Below, in pieces: positions 17,705-26,395 of a stretch of DNA of 64,000 nucleotides. Source of the DNA: Deltaproteobacteria bacterium (GTDB lineage Bacteria; JAGRBM01; JAHCIT01); NCBI GenBank assembly GCA_026129095.1, contig JAHCIT010000010.1:1-64000 (forward strand), written 5' to 3'. Each line of letters starts with the position of its first letter. The stretch's first letter is position 1. The notes beneath the pieces are model-generated. The model made no database searches. It saw only the letters and a list, made by a program, of their open reading frames with translations, and was not told the DNA's origin. The translations under genes were made by a program, and so were the position numbers.

Positions 17705-18835
17705 TTGCCCCGACAGGCCGCTGTGCTACGGTGGGTGCCCCTTCTGGTAGCTATGGCGGGAGGCTTGCCGGTGGCTGAGACAACAGACGATACAAGGTTT
17801 GCCAACATTCTGGTCACAGGTGGCTGTGGTTTCATCGGCTCGAACCTGATTCGTGTGCTGACGGAAGAAAACCTGGTCCCGGGGCTTGAGTTTATTGCGA
17901 ACCTGGATGCCCTGACATACGCCGGGAACCGTTCGAACCTGGCCGATCTGGAAGGTGACACCCGCTACCGCCTGATTCATGCCGATATCTGCGATGCCGC
18001 CCGGATGGACAATATTTTCCGGCATGGCCAGTTCGATGCCGTGCTGCATCTGGCAGCCGAAAGCCATGTGGACCGTTCGCTGATGGGGCCGGAGGCGTTC
18101 TTCCGGACGAATGTGATGGGCACGGCCGTAATGCTTGACGCTGCCCGCCGCCACAAGGTCCGGCGATTCGTGATGGTCTCGACTGACGAGGTGTACGGCT
18201 CCCTGCCGGATGACAGCGCATCCCGTTTCCGGGAGACGACACCGCTGGATCCCACTAGTCCCTATGCGGCGAGCAAGGCAGCTTCTGATCTGGCAGCGCT
18301 GAGTTTCGCCAAGAGTTTCGGGATGGACGTGGTGGTGACCCGTTCATCGAACAATTACGGCCCTTACCAGTTTCCCGAGAAGATGATCCCGCTGATGACG
18401 ATCAATGCCCTCAATGATCAGCCCCTGCCTGTGTATGGGGATGGACGAAATATCCGGGACTGGATACATGCCCGTGACCATGCCCGCGGGATTGTTGCAG
18501 CGCTGTTCCGTGGCCGGGCCGGGGCGATCTATAATCTTGGTGCACACAATGAACGCCGGAATCTGGAACTGGTGGAGCGCATTCTCGACATTCTCCAGAA
18601 ACCCAGGTCACTGATCCGGTTCGTCACAGACCGGGCGGCACATGATCTGCGATATGCCATTGACGCCACCCGTGCGCGGGAAGAACTCGCATGGGAGCCT
18701 CAGGCTGATTTTGGCGGAGCGTTTGAGCAGACGGTTCGCTGGTACGTGGATAACCGTGCATGGTGGGAGGCAATCATTCATGGCCCCTACCGGGACTACT
18801 ACCGGAAGCTGTACGGCGAGAGGCTGGCGGGTTAG
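17705..18835 (+). CDS. rfbB: dTDP-glucose 4,6-dehydratase (true start probably 17753 or 17771)
   Basis: TGGCGFIGSN, LDALTYAGN, HLAAESHVDRS, STDEVYGSL, SPYAASKA and NNYGPYQFPEK motifs. Confidence 0.93.
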   Translation: MPRQAAVLRWVPLLVAMAGGLPVAETTDDTRFANILVTGGCGFIGSNLIRVLTEENLVPGLEFIANLDALTYAGNRSNLADLEGDTRYRLIHADICDAARMDNIFRHGQFDAVLHLAAESHVDRSLMGPEAFFRTNVMGTAVMLDAARRHKVRRFVMVSTDEVYGSLPDDSASRFRETTPLDPTSPYAASKAASDLAALSFAKSFGMDVVVTRSSNNYGPYQFPEKMIPLMTINALNDQPLPVYGDGRNIRDWIHARDHARGIVAALFRGRAGAIYNLGAHNERRNLELVERILDILQKPRSLIRFVTDRAAHDLRYAIDATRAREELAWEPQADFGGAFEQTVRWYVDNRAWWEAIIHGPYRDYYRKLYGERLAG

Positions 18836-19791
18836 CGCACGACTTTCACGTCGTGTTTTTCCTCGGCAGCGAATACGAGCGCATTTACTGCGACATCTTC
18901 CAGCCGGCCAATCCGCTTCAGGATGGCGAGGTTGATTCCCAGTTCGTAGTTTTTGGGCCATTCCATGGGTAACTGCTCAATGGGACTGCCAAGCAGTACC
19001 CGACTGGCCATTTCTGCAAGCTGGAGTCCGGCTGCATGGCCGGATGGGGACAGCGAGATGGAAGCTCCGGCATTCACATGGACCGGGTTGAAGGTATATA
19101 GCGGCGTGCTTTCCCGGAGCGAGAATCTCAACAGTTCACGCAGGTTGTCAGACTTCAGGATCATCGGGTCATCGGGAACCCAGAGCATCTCCACCTTGCC
19201 TGCGAGGTTTGCGAGTGCGCGCTCGACATCCTGATCGACGTCCACCTTGAACTTGAACATGGCGACGCCAGCCTCACGGGCGGCCTCTTCCATCCAGTTC
19301 ACTTCAAACCCGGAGTTGCTGGGATTGTAGACGACGCCCACCCGCCGCATGCCGGGATAGATCTTGCGGAGCATGGCGATCTGTTCCTGGGCACGAATCG
19401 TGTAGTTGATGCCGCGCATTCTGGGTCCCCTGAGCTGGGTGGTCTGGGTATCCACGGCATAGGTAAAGAGCACTGGTGTATCGGTGAGCAGCTCCCGGGC
19501 GACCATTGCGGCCCGGGTGCCCAGAGCCACGACAAGGGCAGGTTTTGCCTTGTTTAGCTCCTGGAGCTGCTTGCGGAGCGTTTCGCGTTCGGATGGCAGC
19601 TCCACCAGTTCGATGGGACGGATGAGGGCCATGCCCTTTTTGAACCCCTCGATAAGAGCCAGCATCTGCGAATCGGCGTCGGAGTAGAGCACCCTTACGG
19701 GTTCCTGTGCTCGGGTTATTCCAGGTAACACGAGGAGAACAAACAGGGCGGTTAACGTGCCAAGAGCGGCAAAATGGCGGATGTGGCGCAT
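18832..19791 (-). CDS. Orphan periplasmic substrate-binding protein (ABC_sub_bind type)
   Basis: Signal peptide from ATG 19791; VVALGTRAA, RVGVVYNPSNS and YELGINL motifs. Confidence 0.75.
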   Translation of the reverse strand: MRHIRHFAALGTLTALFVLLVLPGITRAQEPVRVLYSDADSQMLALIEGFKKGMALIRPIELVELPSERETLRKQLQELNKAKPALVVALGTRAAMVARELLTDTPVLFTYAVDTQTTQLRGPRMRGINYTIRAQEQIAMLRKIYPGMRRVGVVYNPSNSGFEVNWMEEAAREAGVAMFKFKVDVDQDVERALANLAGKVEMLWVPDDPMILKSDNLRELLRFSLRESTPLYTFNPVHVNAGASISLSPSGHAAGLQLAEMASRVLLGSPIEQLPMEWPKNYELGINLAILKRIGRLEDVAVNALVFAAEEKHDVKVVR

Positions 19792-19804
19792 GGGCCGGGT
19801 CCCT

Positions 19805-22006
19805 TTACTTGCAGCACCGGTATCCGATCTGTGGATCCCGGGTCGAGGGCTGGAAACTCTCACGGTAGGCACAGCGGGTCGCCCAGTCGGGCCGGGCATG
19901 GGAACCGCCGCGCACCACCTTGTCACCACTCTGTTCCGACCAGGCGGTTGATGTCCACTCTCTCAGATTGCCTGACAGATCGAAGGCCCCGTAAGGATTG
20001 GTACACTGGTTGAATCGACCGGCCGGGGCCAGCGGACGGTCTGCGCCGGACTGGTCGCGGGTATTGCAGGCGCGGGGATTGAACAGGTCGCCGTACGGGT
20101 AGCGGGTTTCCTTGGGCCCCTTGCAGGCCTTTTCCCATTCAGCTTCGGAACAGAGGCGCTTGCCCTCGCTCTCGCAGGCAGACTTTGCGTCGTTCCAGGT
20201 CACGTTGGCCCGGGGCTGGGAGCCTTCCTGGTTGGGCGATTCATATTTGTCGATGCAGAAATCCGGCACACCAGTCGGAACCAGTGTCTTTTCGGCAAAA
20301 TCACGGGCGCTGTCGTCCGCCGCCGACCCCATCTTGAAACTGCCGCCCGGTACAAAGGCCATTCCGGCTGGGCACCTGCCAGAAGGAGCAGGCGGGGGCG
20401 GATCGGCGGCAGCAACAGGCTTGGGCTTTTCCGGCTCTTTCGGTGGTGCCTTGGGCTCGGGCTTTGGCACAGGCGGAGGAGGTGGCTTGGGTGCCGTTTC
20501 GACTTTCGCCGGTTTGGTTTCAACTGGCGGTTTCGCGGCCGGTTCAGGCGTCGAGATTGAGACGGATGCGGTGGGGGCTGGCGGCGCGGGAGGAGTTTCC
20601 TCGACCTTTACTGGTTCAGGTTTGGCTGGAGGTGGAGGCGCTGTGGGCTTTTCTTCTTTCACGCTGGTCACAGGCTCGGAACTGGCGACTGGAACGGGCT
20701 CATCGCCACCCTTCAGCGCGAAATAGGCGCCCACCGCGGCCAGTATAGCGACCATTGCCACAATCAGGGCGACCGGTGGGCCCTTCTTGGCCGCCGGTGG
20801 CTGCCAAGTGTCTGGTATGGCTGCCGGTGGAGGCGCAGCGGGTCTCGGTGCGGAAGGAGCAGATGGCGGCACCTGGGCCGGAGGTGGTGGCTGGGGCGCT
20901 GGCGTCTGAGGCCGTGGCGGTGGTTCGGGCTCGGTCCTGGGCAGCGGCTCTGCTTTTGCCGGTGGAGGCGGCTCGGCGGGTTTTGGCGGTTCTAGTGGCT
21001 TGGAGGCAGCCCTTTCCGCCGGGGGAGGAGGAGGCGGTGGCGGTGGGGGGGCGGCCTTCTTTGGCACTGGCGGCTTCGATACGGGCTTGGGCGTCGGCGG
21101 GGCCGCGACCTTTTCTGCGGCAAGCAGGGCGTCTCGCCAGCGAGTGAGCACTTCGCCCGCGGTAGTGGGCCGCTGCCGGGGGTCTTCGGAAAGGCAGTCG
21201 GCGATAAGATCGTCGATCTCGTCAGGGACTTCTTCCATGACGTCCGAGGGCGAAATCCCGGGTGCCGGGGTTTGCAGCGAGATCATCTCAAACAGCACCG
21301 CACCCAGGCTGTAGATATCGTCCGAGGGAGAAGGCGTTTCTCCCGAGAGGAACTGCGGGGATGCGTAAGCCGCTGTCCGGTGCCGGGCGGCCGCTGCCTG
21401 GCGGCTGGCCGGAGGAATCAGGGCCGAGAGGCCAAACTCGGTCAGCTTCAGCCCTTCAGGCTGAATGAGGATGTTGGCAGGTGTCAGCGCCAGATGCGGG
21501 ACACCTGCGGCATGCCCGGCCTCGAAGGCCGAGACGATCTGCGCAAGAATCGGCTCAACCTCGCTCAGCTTGAAAGGCCGCCGCTCGGAGAGCCGAACGT
21601 CGAGGAGCTTGCGTAGCGACAGGCCGCCGATGAACTCCATTGTGACATAGGCGCGAGCACCGTCCGTTCCCGCTTCATAGAGCTTGACGCACCCGGCATG
21701 CAGTACGTCACGGCTCTTGCGGAACAGGGACTTGAACTGCTTGCGGGAGCCCTCGTCGCTAAGCCATTCGGAATTGACGATCCGGAGAGCGATCTGTGCG
21801 TCCACGTCACGGTCGTGGGCCCGGTAAACGTGGCCAACCAGGCCTTCGCCGATATCTCCACGGATTTCGTAACGCTGGGCGAGAATGTCACCGGTTTTGA
21901 TCTGGCCGCCGCCACTACCGTCCGCTGAAGGCTGCTCGGCGCCGCAGGTGTCGCAGACGGGAGCCGGGTCCGGAATCGAATCACCGCAGTTCCAGCACGT
22001 CTTCAA
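19805..22006 (-). CDS. Zn-ribbon + Ser/Thr pseudokinase + Pro-rich linker + TM + FGE-sulfatase (SUMF1-like) domain protein
   Basis: CWNC/CDTC, a Hanks-kinase fold with substituted catalytic motifs, a TM segment (VALIVAMVAILAAVGAYFAL), and GKRLCSEAEWEKAC...DLSGNLREW...VRGGS...GYRCC. TTG start at 22006 follows AGGGGG; ATG 22054 is the alternative. Confidence 0.85.
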   Translation of the reverse strand: MKTCWNCGDSIPDPAPVCDTCGAEQPSADGSGGGQIKTGDILAQRYEIRGDIGEGLVGHVYRAHDRDVDAQIALRIVNSEWLSDEGSRKQFKSLFRKSRDVLHAGCVKLYEAGTDGARAYVTMEFIGGLSLRKLLDVRLSERRPFKLSEVEPILAQIVSAFEAGHAAGVPHLALTPANILIQPEGLKLTEFGLSALIPPASRQAAAARHRTAAYASPQFLSGETPSPSDDIYSLGAVLFEMISLQTPAPGISPSDVMEEVPDEIDDLIADCLSEDPRQRPTTAGEVLTRWRDALLAAEKVAAPPTPKPVSKPPVPKKAAPPPPPPPPPPAERAASKPLEPPKPAEPPPPAKAEPLPRTEPEPPPRPQTPAPQPPPPAQVPPSAPSAPRPAAPPPAAIPDTWQPPAAKKGPPVALIVAMVAILAAVGAYFALKGGDEPVPVASSEPVTSVKEEKPTAPPPPAKPEPVKVEETPPAPPAPTASVSISTPEPAAKPPVETKPAKVETAPKPPPPPVPKPEPKAPPKEPEKPKPVAAADPPPPAPSGRCPAGMAFVPGGSFKMGSAADDSARDFAEKTLVPTGVPDFCIDKYESPNQEGSQPRANVTWNDAKSACESEGKRLCSEAEWEKACKGPKETRYPYGDLFNPRACNTRDQSGADRPLAPAGRFNQCTNPYGAFDLSGNLREWTSTAWSEQSGDKVVRGGSHARPDWATRCAYRESFQPSTRDPQIGYRCCK

Positions 22007-22090
22007 GATCCGATGCGCCCCCTGGATAGCCTTAAAATACGCCGGTACGCGCATACCGGTGCCTTTTTCTGGTGAAGGCAGCCAGTTTCC

Positions 22091-22193
22091 CGGTGAGCCG
22101 GAAACGTGCGGCGCGTTTGGGGGAGTCTACGCGCGCAAGGGTGCGGAATTCAAGAGCGTTTGGGCAGTTCGGGATGGCTTCGGTGAGCCGGAA
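22091..22193 (-). promoter_or_regulatory. Promoter bracketed by two pairs of direct repeats
   Basis: Minus-strand TTGAAT (22153-22148)-N18-TAGACT (22129-22124); CGGTGAGCCGGAA at 22091 and 22181; GCGTTTGGG at 22113 and 22156. Confidence 0.5.
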
Positions 22194-22211
22194 CGATACG
22201 CCCGGAAATGT

Positions 22212-22958
22212 TTAGTTTACCCAGCCCCCGGACGGGGGCTCATCGTTTCTGTCTACCACTCTGAAGCCCTGTCTTTTCCGCAACCGGTTCAGTTTGGCCC
22301 GGTAGTAGCGTTCCCGCAGGCCGAACCCGCGGAAGCGGTGCCGTCCGCGGGCCCAGTACCAGGCGACCGGAGCCCCCCCGAGGACATACAGGATACGGGC
22401 CAGGGAGAACTGGCGCTCGATCTCGCTGAACACGACGACCGCCACGATAACGATGACGAGCCATTTCACCTTGATGGGCAGGACGAAGAAGGCGAGGATT
22501 TCCTGCTCCGGTTCGCGCAGTGCCCAGAGGATGAGGAAGTTGACAATAAGTCCTCCTGCTCCGGCGGCAATTGCTGTATGGCTCCCTGTGAAGGCGGCTG
22601 CGATGGCTCCTAGCAGTCCTGCGGACAGGGCCGAAAAGCAGAGAAACCAGGCGAAACGTTCCGAGCCATCGATCCGTTCCTGGCGGGCTCCAAATACCCA
22701 GAGCATGTAGCCATAGAGCAGGGTGGTAATGATGGACGTGTTGACAAACGGGAAGGTGAGCAGCCGCCAGACCTGAAATCCCTGGAGCGCGGCCACCGGG
22801 TCCAGGATGAGAAAAGCAGTTAATGCAGGCGATACGAGCGACAGCAGATAGACCGATGCGATGGTGACGATGACGATACGGGTGACGCCGGGGATGGCAC
22901 TCCAGCCCGGAGGGCCCTGAAAACGGTATTGCGTCTGATGTGGACCGTAAGGAGCCAT
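22212..22958 (-). CDS. Rhomboid-like membrane protein lacking the catalytic Ser/His
   Basis: QVWRLLTFPF, LWVFGARQE and FFVLPIKVKWL rhomboid motifs; GAGG in place of GASG and YVLGG in place of HLGG. Confidence 0.8.
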   Translation of the reverse strand: MAPYGPHQTQYRFQGPPGWSAIPGVTRIVIVTIASVYLLSLVSPALTAFLILDPVAALQGFQVWRLLTFPFVNTSIITTLLYGYMLWVFGARQERIDGSERFAWFLCFSALSAGLLGAIAAAFTGSHTAIAAGAGGLIVNFLILWALREPEQEILAFFVLPIKVKWLVIVIVAVVVFSEIERQFSLARILYVLGGAPVAWYWARGRHRFRGFGLRERYYRAKLNRLRKRQGFRVVDRNDEPPSGGWVN

Positions 22959-23002
22959 GACGGTTTCGAGTATAGAAGCAATCGGGGGAAGGTAAACCGA
23001 AC

Positions 23003-23296
23003 CTATTTCTTGCCGAACAGTCCTTCGAGCGCGGCCTTGGCCTTTGCCTTGGGGTCCGTTTTTCCAGAGGGATCACCGCTGGTGCGGATATGGAACCAGT
23101 CGCAGAAGTTTGGCCGGTCCTTGTCCACCACGCGGTCAGCCTGGGGCTCTCGGCATTCATTGTAGGCACTGGTGTCATAGTGCCTGCAGTGCAGGCAGAC
23201 ATGAAGGTCGGCGCCGCACACCTGGCAGGTGTCGCGGCGGCCGACCGGTTCAGTGACGGAGATGGTTTTTCCGCAGGCGGGGCAGGGAACTTCCAT
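23003..23296 (-). CDS. Small Cys-rich (zinc-ribbon) conserved hypothetical protein
   Basis: CPAC, CQVC, CLHC, ECREP and NFCDWF motifs. Confidence 0.75.
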   Translation of the reverse strand: MEVPCPACGKTISVTEPVGRRDTCQVCGADLHVCLHCRHYDTSAYNECREPQADRVVDKDRPNFCDWFHIRTSGDPSGKTDPKAKAKAALEGLFGKK

Positions 23297-23316
23297 GCCG
23301 CTACTCTAGCACAGGG

Positions 23317-24126
23317 TCAGTTTTCGGGTGGAGTATCTCCCCGTTCACGGCGGTCCTTCATCTCCTTGATGGCCTTTTCGAACTTCTCGCGCTGTTCGGG
23401 CTTTAGCACCTCCAGAATGCGCTTCCGGGTCGTTTCGCGGAGGCTGGAAAACTCCTCGCGGACACCTTCACCGTGAGTGCGCACCTGCTCTCGGACCTTG
23501 CCAAAGGCGGAGATCATTTTTTCGGCATCGGCATCGGACATCTTTACCTCATTGAATACCCGGTCACGGAGCTGGCTATAAGCACGCATGGCCTTCCCCA
23601 TATCCTTGCCCTTGCGGTGCTCTTTGCCGGGGCGGTCCTTGTCTGCTTGCTCACCGGCAGGTGCTTCACGGCCGGGGCCACGGCGGTCGCGCCGTTCGCT
23701 TTCGGAGCGGGCCTCTTCGTCATCGAGGATCGCGCTGATCTGTTCCTTGCGCTTGTCGCTGAACACAGCGGTCAGTTCCTTGCGGACAGTCCCCTTCAGG
23801 GTGTCGCCTGCGGCGTGCATCTTGCGCCGGATGCGGATGCGCTGGTCTTCGGTTTCATCGAGAATCTTGTGAATCTGGGAGCGCTGCTCTTTCGTGAGGT
23901 CAAGACGGTCCAGAAGACGCATGATTCGGGCCGAATAGTCTTCGTGCTGCGCCAGCCAGCCAGACTGGTGGTGCCGCCCGTGCCGCCGGGCACTTTCAGA
24001 TGCGGCTGCTGGCGGTTTCATCGAAGTCTCATGACTGCGCGCATGGGCGGGTGCGTGGATAGCCCCCAGTGCGAGCGCGCCAAGTGCAATTATGGATGTG
24101 AAAAGAACAGGTTTACGGTGCATCAT
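23317..24126 (-). CDS. Periplasmic Spy/CpxP-like helical protein
   Basis: Signal peptide from ATG 24126 (GGGAGA RBS); LTxxQ-type motifs LDLTKEQRSQI and VLKPEQREKF. Confidence 0.65.
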   Translation of the reverse strand: MMHRKPVLFTSIIALGALALGAIHAPAHARSHETSMKPPAAASESARRHGRHHQSGWLAQHEDYSARIMRLLDRLDLTKEQRSQIHKILDETEDQRIRIRRKMHAAGDTLKGTVRKELTAVFSDKRKEQISAILDDEEARSESERRDRRGPGREAPAGEQADKDRPGKEHRKGKDMGKAMRAYSQLRDRVFNEVKMSDADAEKMISAFGKVREQVRTHGEGVREEFSSLRETTRKRILEVLKPEQREKFEKAIKEMKDRRERGDTPPEN

Positions 24127-24170
24127 TTTCTGTTTTCTCCCGGCCATTAAGGAGGCCGCTGGTTTGGCCG

Positions 24171-24662
24171 TCAGGCATCGCCAAGGAATACCCATGCAAT
24201 GCCGGCCAGATTCGTATCGTCGTCTGCGGAGCTTTCGCTCTCGCCGCCGGAGATCGACCACAACGTCAGGTCAATGGCGGCGATCTCTTCATCCAGACGT
24301 CCGAAGAGGGCAGAAGTTTCATCGGGTGCTGCAAGTCCGTTTTCGGGATCACTTTCCAGATTCCAGGTCCAGACGATCTGTTCGGCTGGGCTAGCGGTTT
24401 CATCTATGGCGTACGGAGCGGGAAGAACATCGGGTTGTGGCGGGAACACCGGTACACCGATAGTGACGAACAGTACGGCGACAGCCGCTACCAGAGCAGC
24501 TATTGGCCCCAGCATGAACCGCGATGACCGGGGACGTTCGGCCGCTGCAGCGCGTGCGGCGGCAAGCCGTGTGCGGGAAAGCGGCGTCGAACCGGTATGC
24601 CGCTGCTCCTGGAAAAACCGGGCGATATCGGTGTCTAGCTGGCTATCTCTTTTCTCGGTCAT
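24171..24662 (-). CDS. Putative anti-sigma factor (single TM)
   Basis: 4-bp overlap with the ECF sigma gene; short cytoplasmic N-terminus, one TM and an acidic C-terminus. Confidence 0.55.
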   Translation of the reverse strand: MTEKRDSQLDTDIARFFQEQRHTGSTPLSRTRLAAARAAAAERPRSSRFMLGPIAALVAAVAVLFVTIGVPVFPPQPDVLPAPYAIDETASPAEQIVWTWNLESDPENGLAAPDETSALFGRLDEEIAAIDLTLWSISGGESESSADDDTNLAGIAWVFLGDA

Positions 24663-25243
24663 GATCCCTCCGCTCCCATCCCGATGGCTGCCATTTTCAG
24701 TCTTTTCCGGGCCCGGTGGAGACGGACTTTCACCAGTGCCGACGGGCGGCGGACGATTCTGGCGAGCCGTTCGAGTGTGAACCCCTCGACTTCAACGAGC
24801 CACAACAGGTCGCGGTCGGAATCAGAAAGCGTTTCAAACGCCTGCTGGATGCGGGCCAGCCGCTGACGGAGATATGCATGCCGTTCAGGGTTCGCGCTGG
24901 CATCGGTCGGCTCCCATCCACCGCTTTCTGTCTTGTTTTCCATATCCATTATTGCATCCAGTGATTCGGTCTTTTGCCGTTTCCGGCTCCTAAGCCTATC
25001 GATCACGGCATTCCGCGTTGTGCGCCAGAGCCAGGCATCCTGCTGAATGCGCGATTCGAATATGGGACCGCTTTCCAGATACCGCCGGAATACATCCTGA
25101 ACGGTGTCCTCTCCTGCAGTGGTATTGCCCAGCAGTTTTGCCGAGTAGCGGGCAAGCACTCCCGATAGCCGCTCCCAGAGTGCCTCGACATCCTCAACCG
25201 GTTCCCGCTGTTCCACAGGGCGGGGTATGGGGGGCTCAGCCAC
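24659..25243 (-). CDS. ECF RNA polymerase sigma factor
   Basis: Region 2 (GEDTVQDVF...AWLWRTTRNAVIDRLR) and region 4 (EVEGFTLERLA...VKVRLHRARKRL). Confidence 0.9.
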   Translation of the reverse strand: MAEPPIPRPVEQREPVEDVEALWERLSGVLARYSAKLLGNTTAGEDTVQDVFRRYLESGPIFESRIQQDAWLWRTTRNAVIDRLRSRKRQKTESLDAIMDMENKTESGGWEPTDASANPERHAYLRQRLARIQQAFETLSDSDRDLLWLVEVEGFTLERLARIVRRPSALVKVRLHRARKRLKMAAIGMGAEGS

Positions 25244-25400
25244 GAAGGCGCTCTGCTCCTGTCAGTTAGGAACGATTTTGTGGGGTTCTGGTTGCAGGTT
25301 GATTCTAACCTATCGAAATTAAAAGGGGATTTGACCTTTGGGCCCATATGGCCATATATTGTTTCCCTGTCGCACATCCCGGCCGAGGGACCGTTTTGTC

Positions 25401-25610
25401 ATGGCCTCGAACAAGGTCGTCACGACCATCTACATCACCCGGGACCAGGAAGAGCAGCTGAAGGCCCTGTCCCAGCGTACCAAGGTGCCAATGGCGGAAT
25501 ATATCCGCCAAGGGATTAGTCTGATTCTGAAGAAATACGAGGAAGAGATCCCGGGTCAGCGGTCGCTGTTTGACGAGGAAGCTGTTTCCACGCTGCGTCG
25601 AGACGAATAA
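25401..25610 (+). CDS. Small ribbon-helix-helix DNA-binding protein
   Basis: KVVTTIYITRDQEEQLKALSQRTKVPMAEYIRQGI beta-helix-helix pattern; upstream TTGACC-N18-TATATT. Confidence 0.85.
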   Translation: MASNKVVTTIYITRDQEEQLKALSQRTKVPMAEYIRQGISLILKKYEEEIPGQRSLFDEEAVSTLRRDE

Positions 25611-26388
25611 ACGCCGCAGGCGGGTGTGATTCGGCCCGCGATTTCGGGTCCAGCCCGGCCGTTTCCAGCAGTTTTGCGGTTTCCGTCGAGCCTGCGCCAA
25701 GCCCCCGTTGCAGCGAGTTGCTGATGGTCTTGCGCCGGTAGGCGAAGGCCGCCCGTACCACCCGGCTGCGCTGCCGGGCCTCATGGCCCTCCACGGCTGA
25801 GGGAAGCGGCCGGAGACTGACCACAGCCGACTGGACCTTGGGCACTGGCCGGAACGCCTGCGGCGGAACCAGAAACTCCTTTTTTACGGCACACTGGAGC
25901 TGCATGGCCACCGAGAGCGCTCCATATTCTTTCGTTGATGGACGGGCAGCAAGTCGTGCTGCCACCTCGTTCTGGAGCATCAGTACCGCCAATTCCCATC
26001 GGCGGGCCGATTCGACCAGCCTGAACAGGATTTCCGTCGAAATGGAGTAGGGCAGGTTGGCCGCGATCCGGCAGGCGCCACTATCGGCAAAAAATGTCTC
26101 CCAGTCGATATCCAGTGCATCGGCCCGGACAATCGAAAGGGCCGGGTTCGGGAGGATTTGAGGGAGCCGTTCAGCCAGCCGGTGGTCTACCTCTACCGTC
26201 TTGACCCTCATGCCATGCGCGAGAAGTTCCCGCGTGAGCGCGCCATCTCCGGGACCGATCTCGATGATCGTGGAGCCGGCAGGGAGGTTCTCTGATGCGA
26301 GCGCGGCAATCTTGCGGCTGATGTTGCGGTCGATGAGAAAATTCTGGCCGAGTTTTTTTGACGGCCTGAATGTCGTCGCAGCCGGCAT
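25516..26388 (-). CDS. rsmA: 16S rRNA A1518/A1519 dimethyltransferase
   Basis: KKLGQNFL, IEIGPGDGALT, ANLPYSIS and FRPVPKVQSAV motifs; start at ATG 26388. Confidence 0.95.
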   Translation of the reverse strand: MPAATTFRPSKKLGQNFLIDRNISRKIAALASENLPAGSTIIEIGPGDGALTRELLAHGMRVKTVEVDHRLAERLPQILPNPALSIVRADALDIDWETFFADSGACRIAANLPYSISTEILFRLVESARRWELAVLMLQNEVAARLAARPSTKEYGALSVAMQLQCAVKKEFLVPPQAFRPVPKVQSAVVSLRPLPSAVEGHEARQRSRVVRAAFAYRRKTISNSLQRGLGAGSTETAKLLETAGLDPKSRAESHPPAAFIRLDAAWKQLPRQTATADPGSLPRISSESD

Positions 26389-26395
26389 GGGCCGA

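Noticed and set aside
19805..20380. Diversity-generating retroelement target (FGE/CLec C-terminus)
   Set aside because: No template repeat or reverse transcriptase was seen in the window; a remote DGR cannot be excluded.
19805..20380. Active formylglycine-generating enzyme
   Set aside because: Lacks the catalytic Cys pair after RGGS, and no sulfatase gene is nearby.
20380..21110. GGC/GGA/GGT-rich low-complexity repeats
   Set aside because: Explained by Pro/Ala-rich linker codons on the minus strand.
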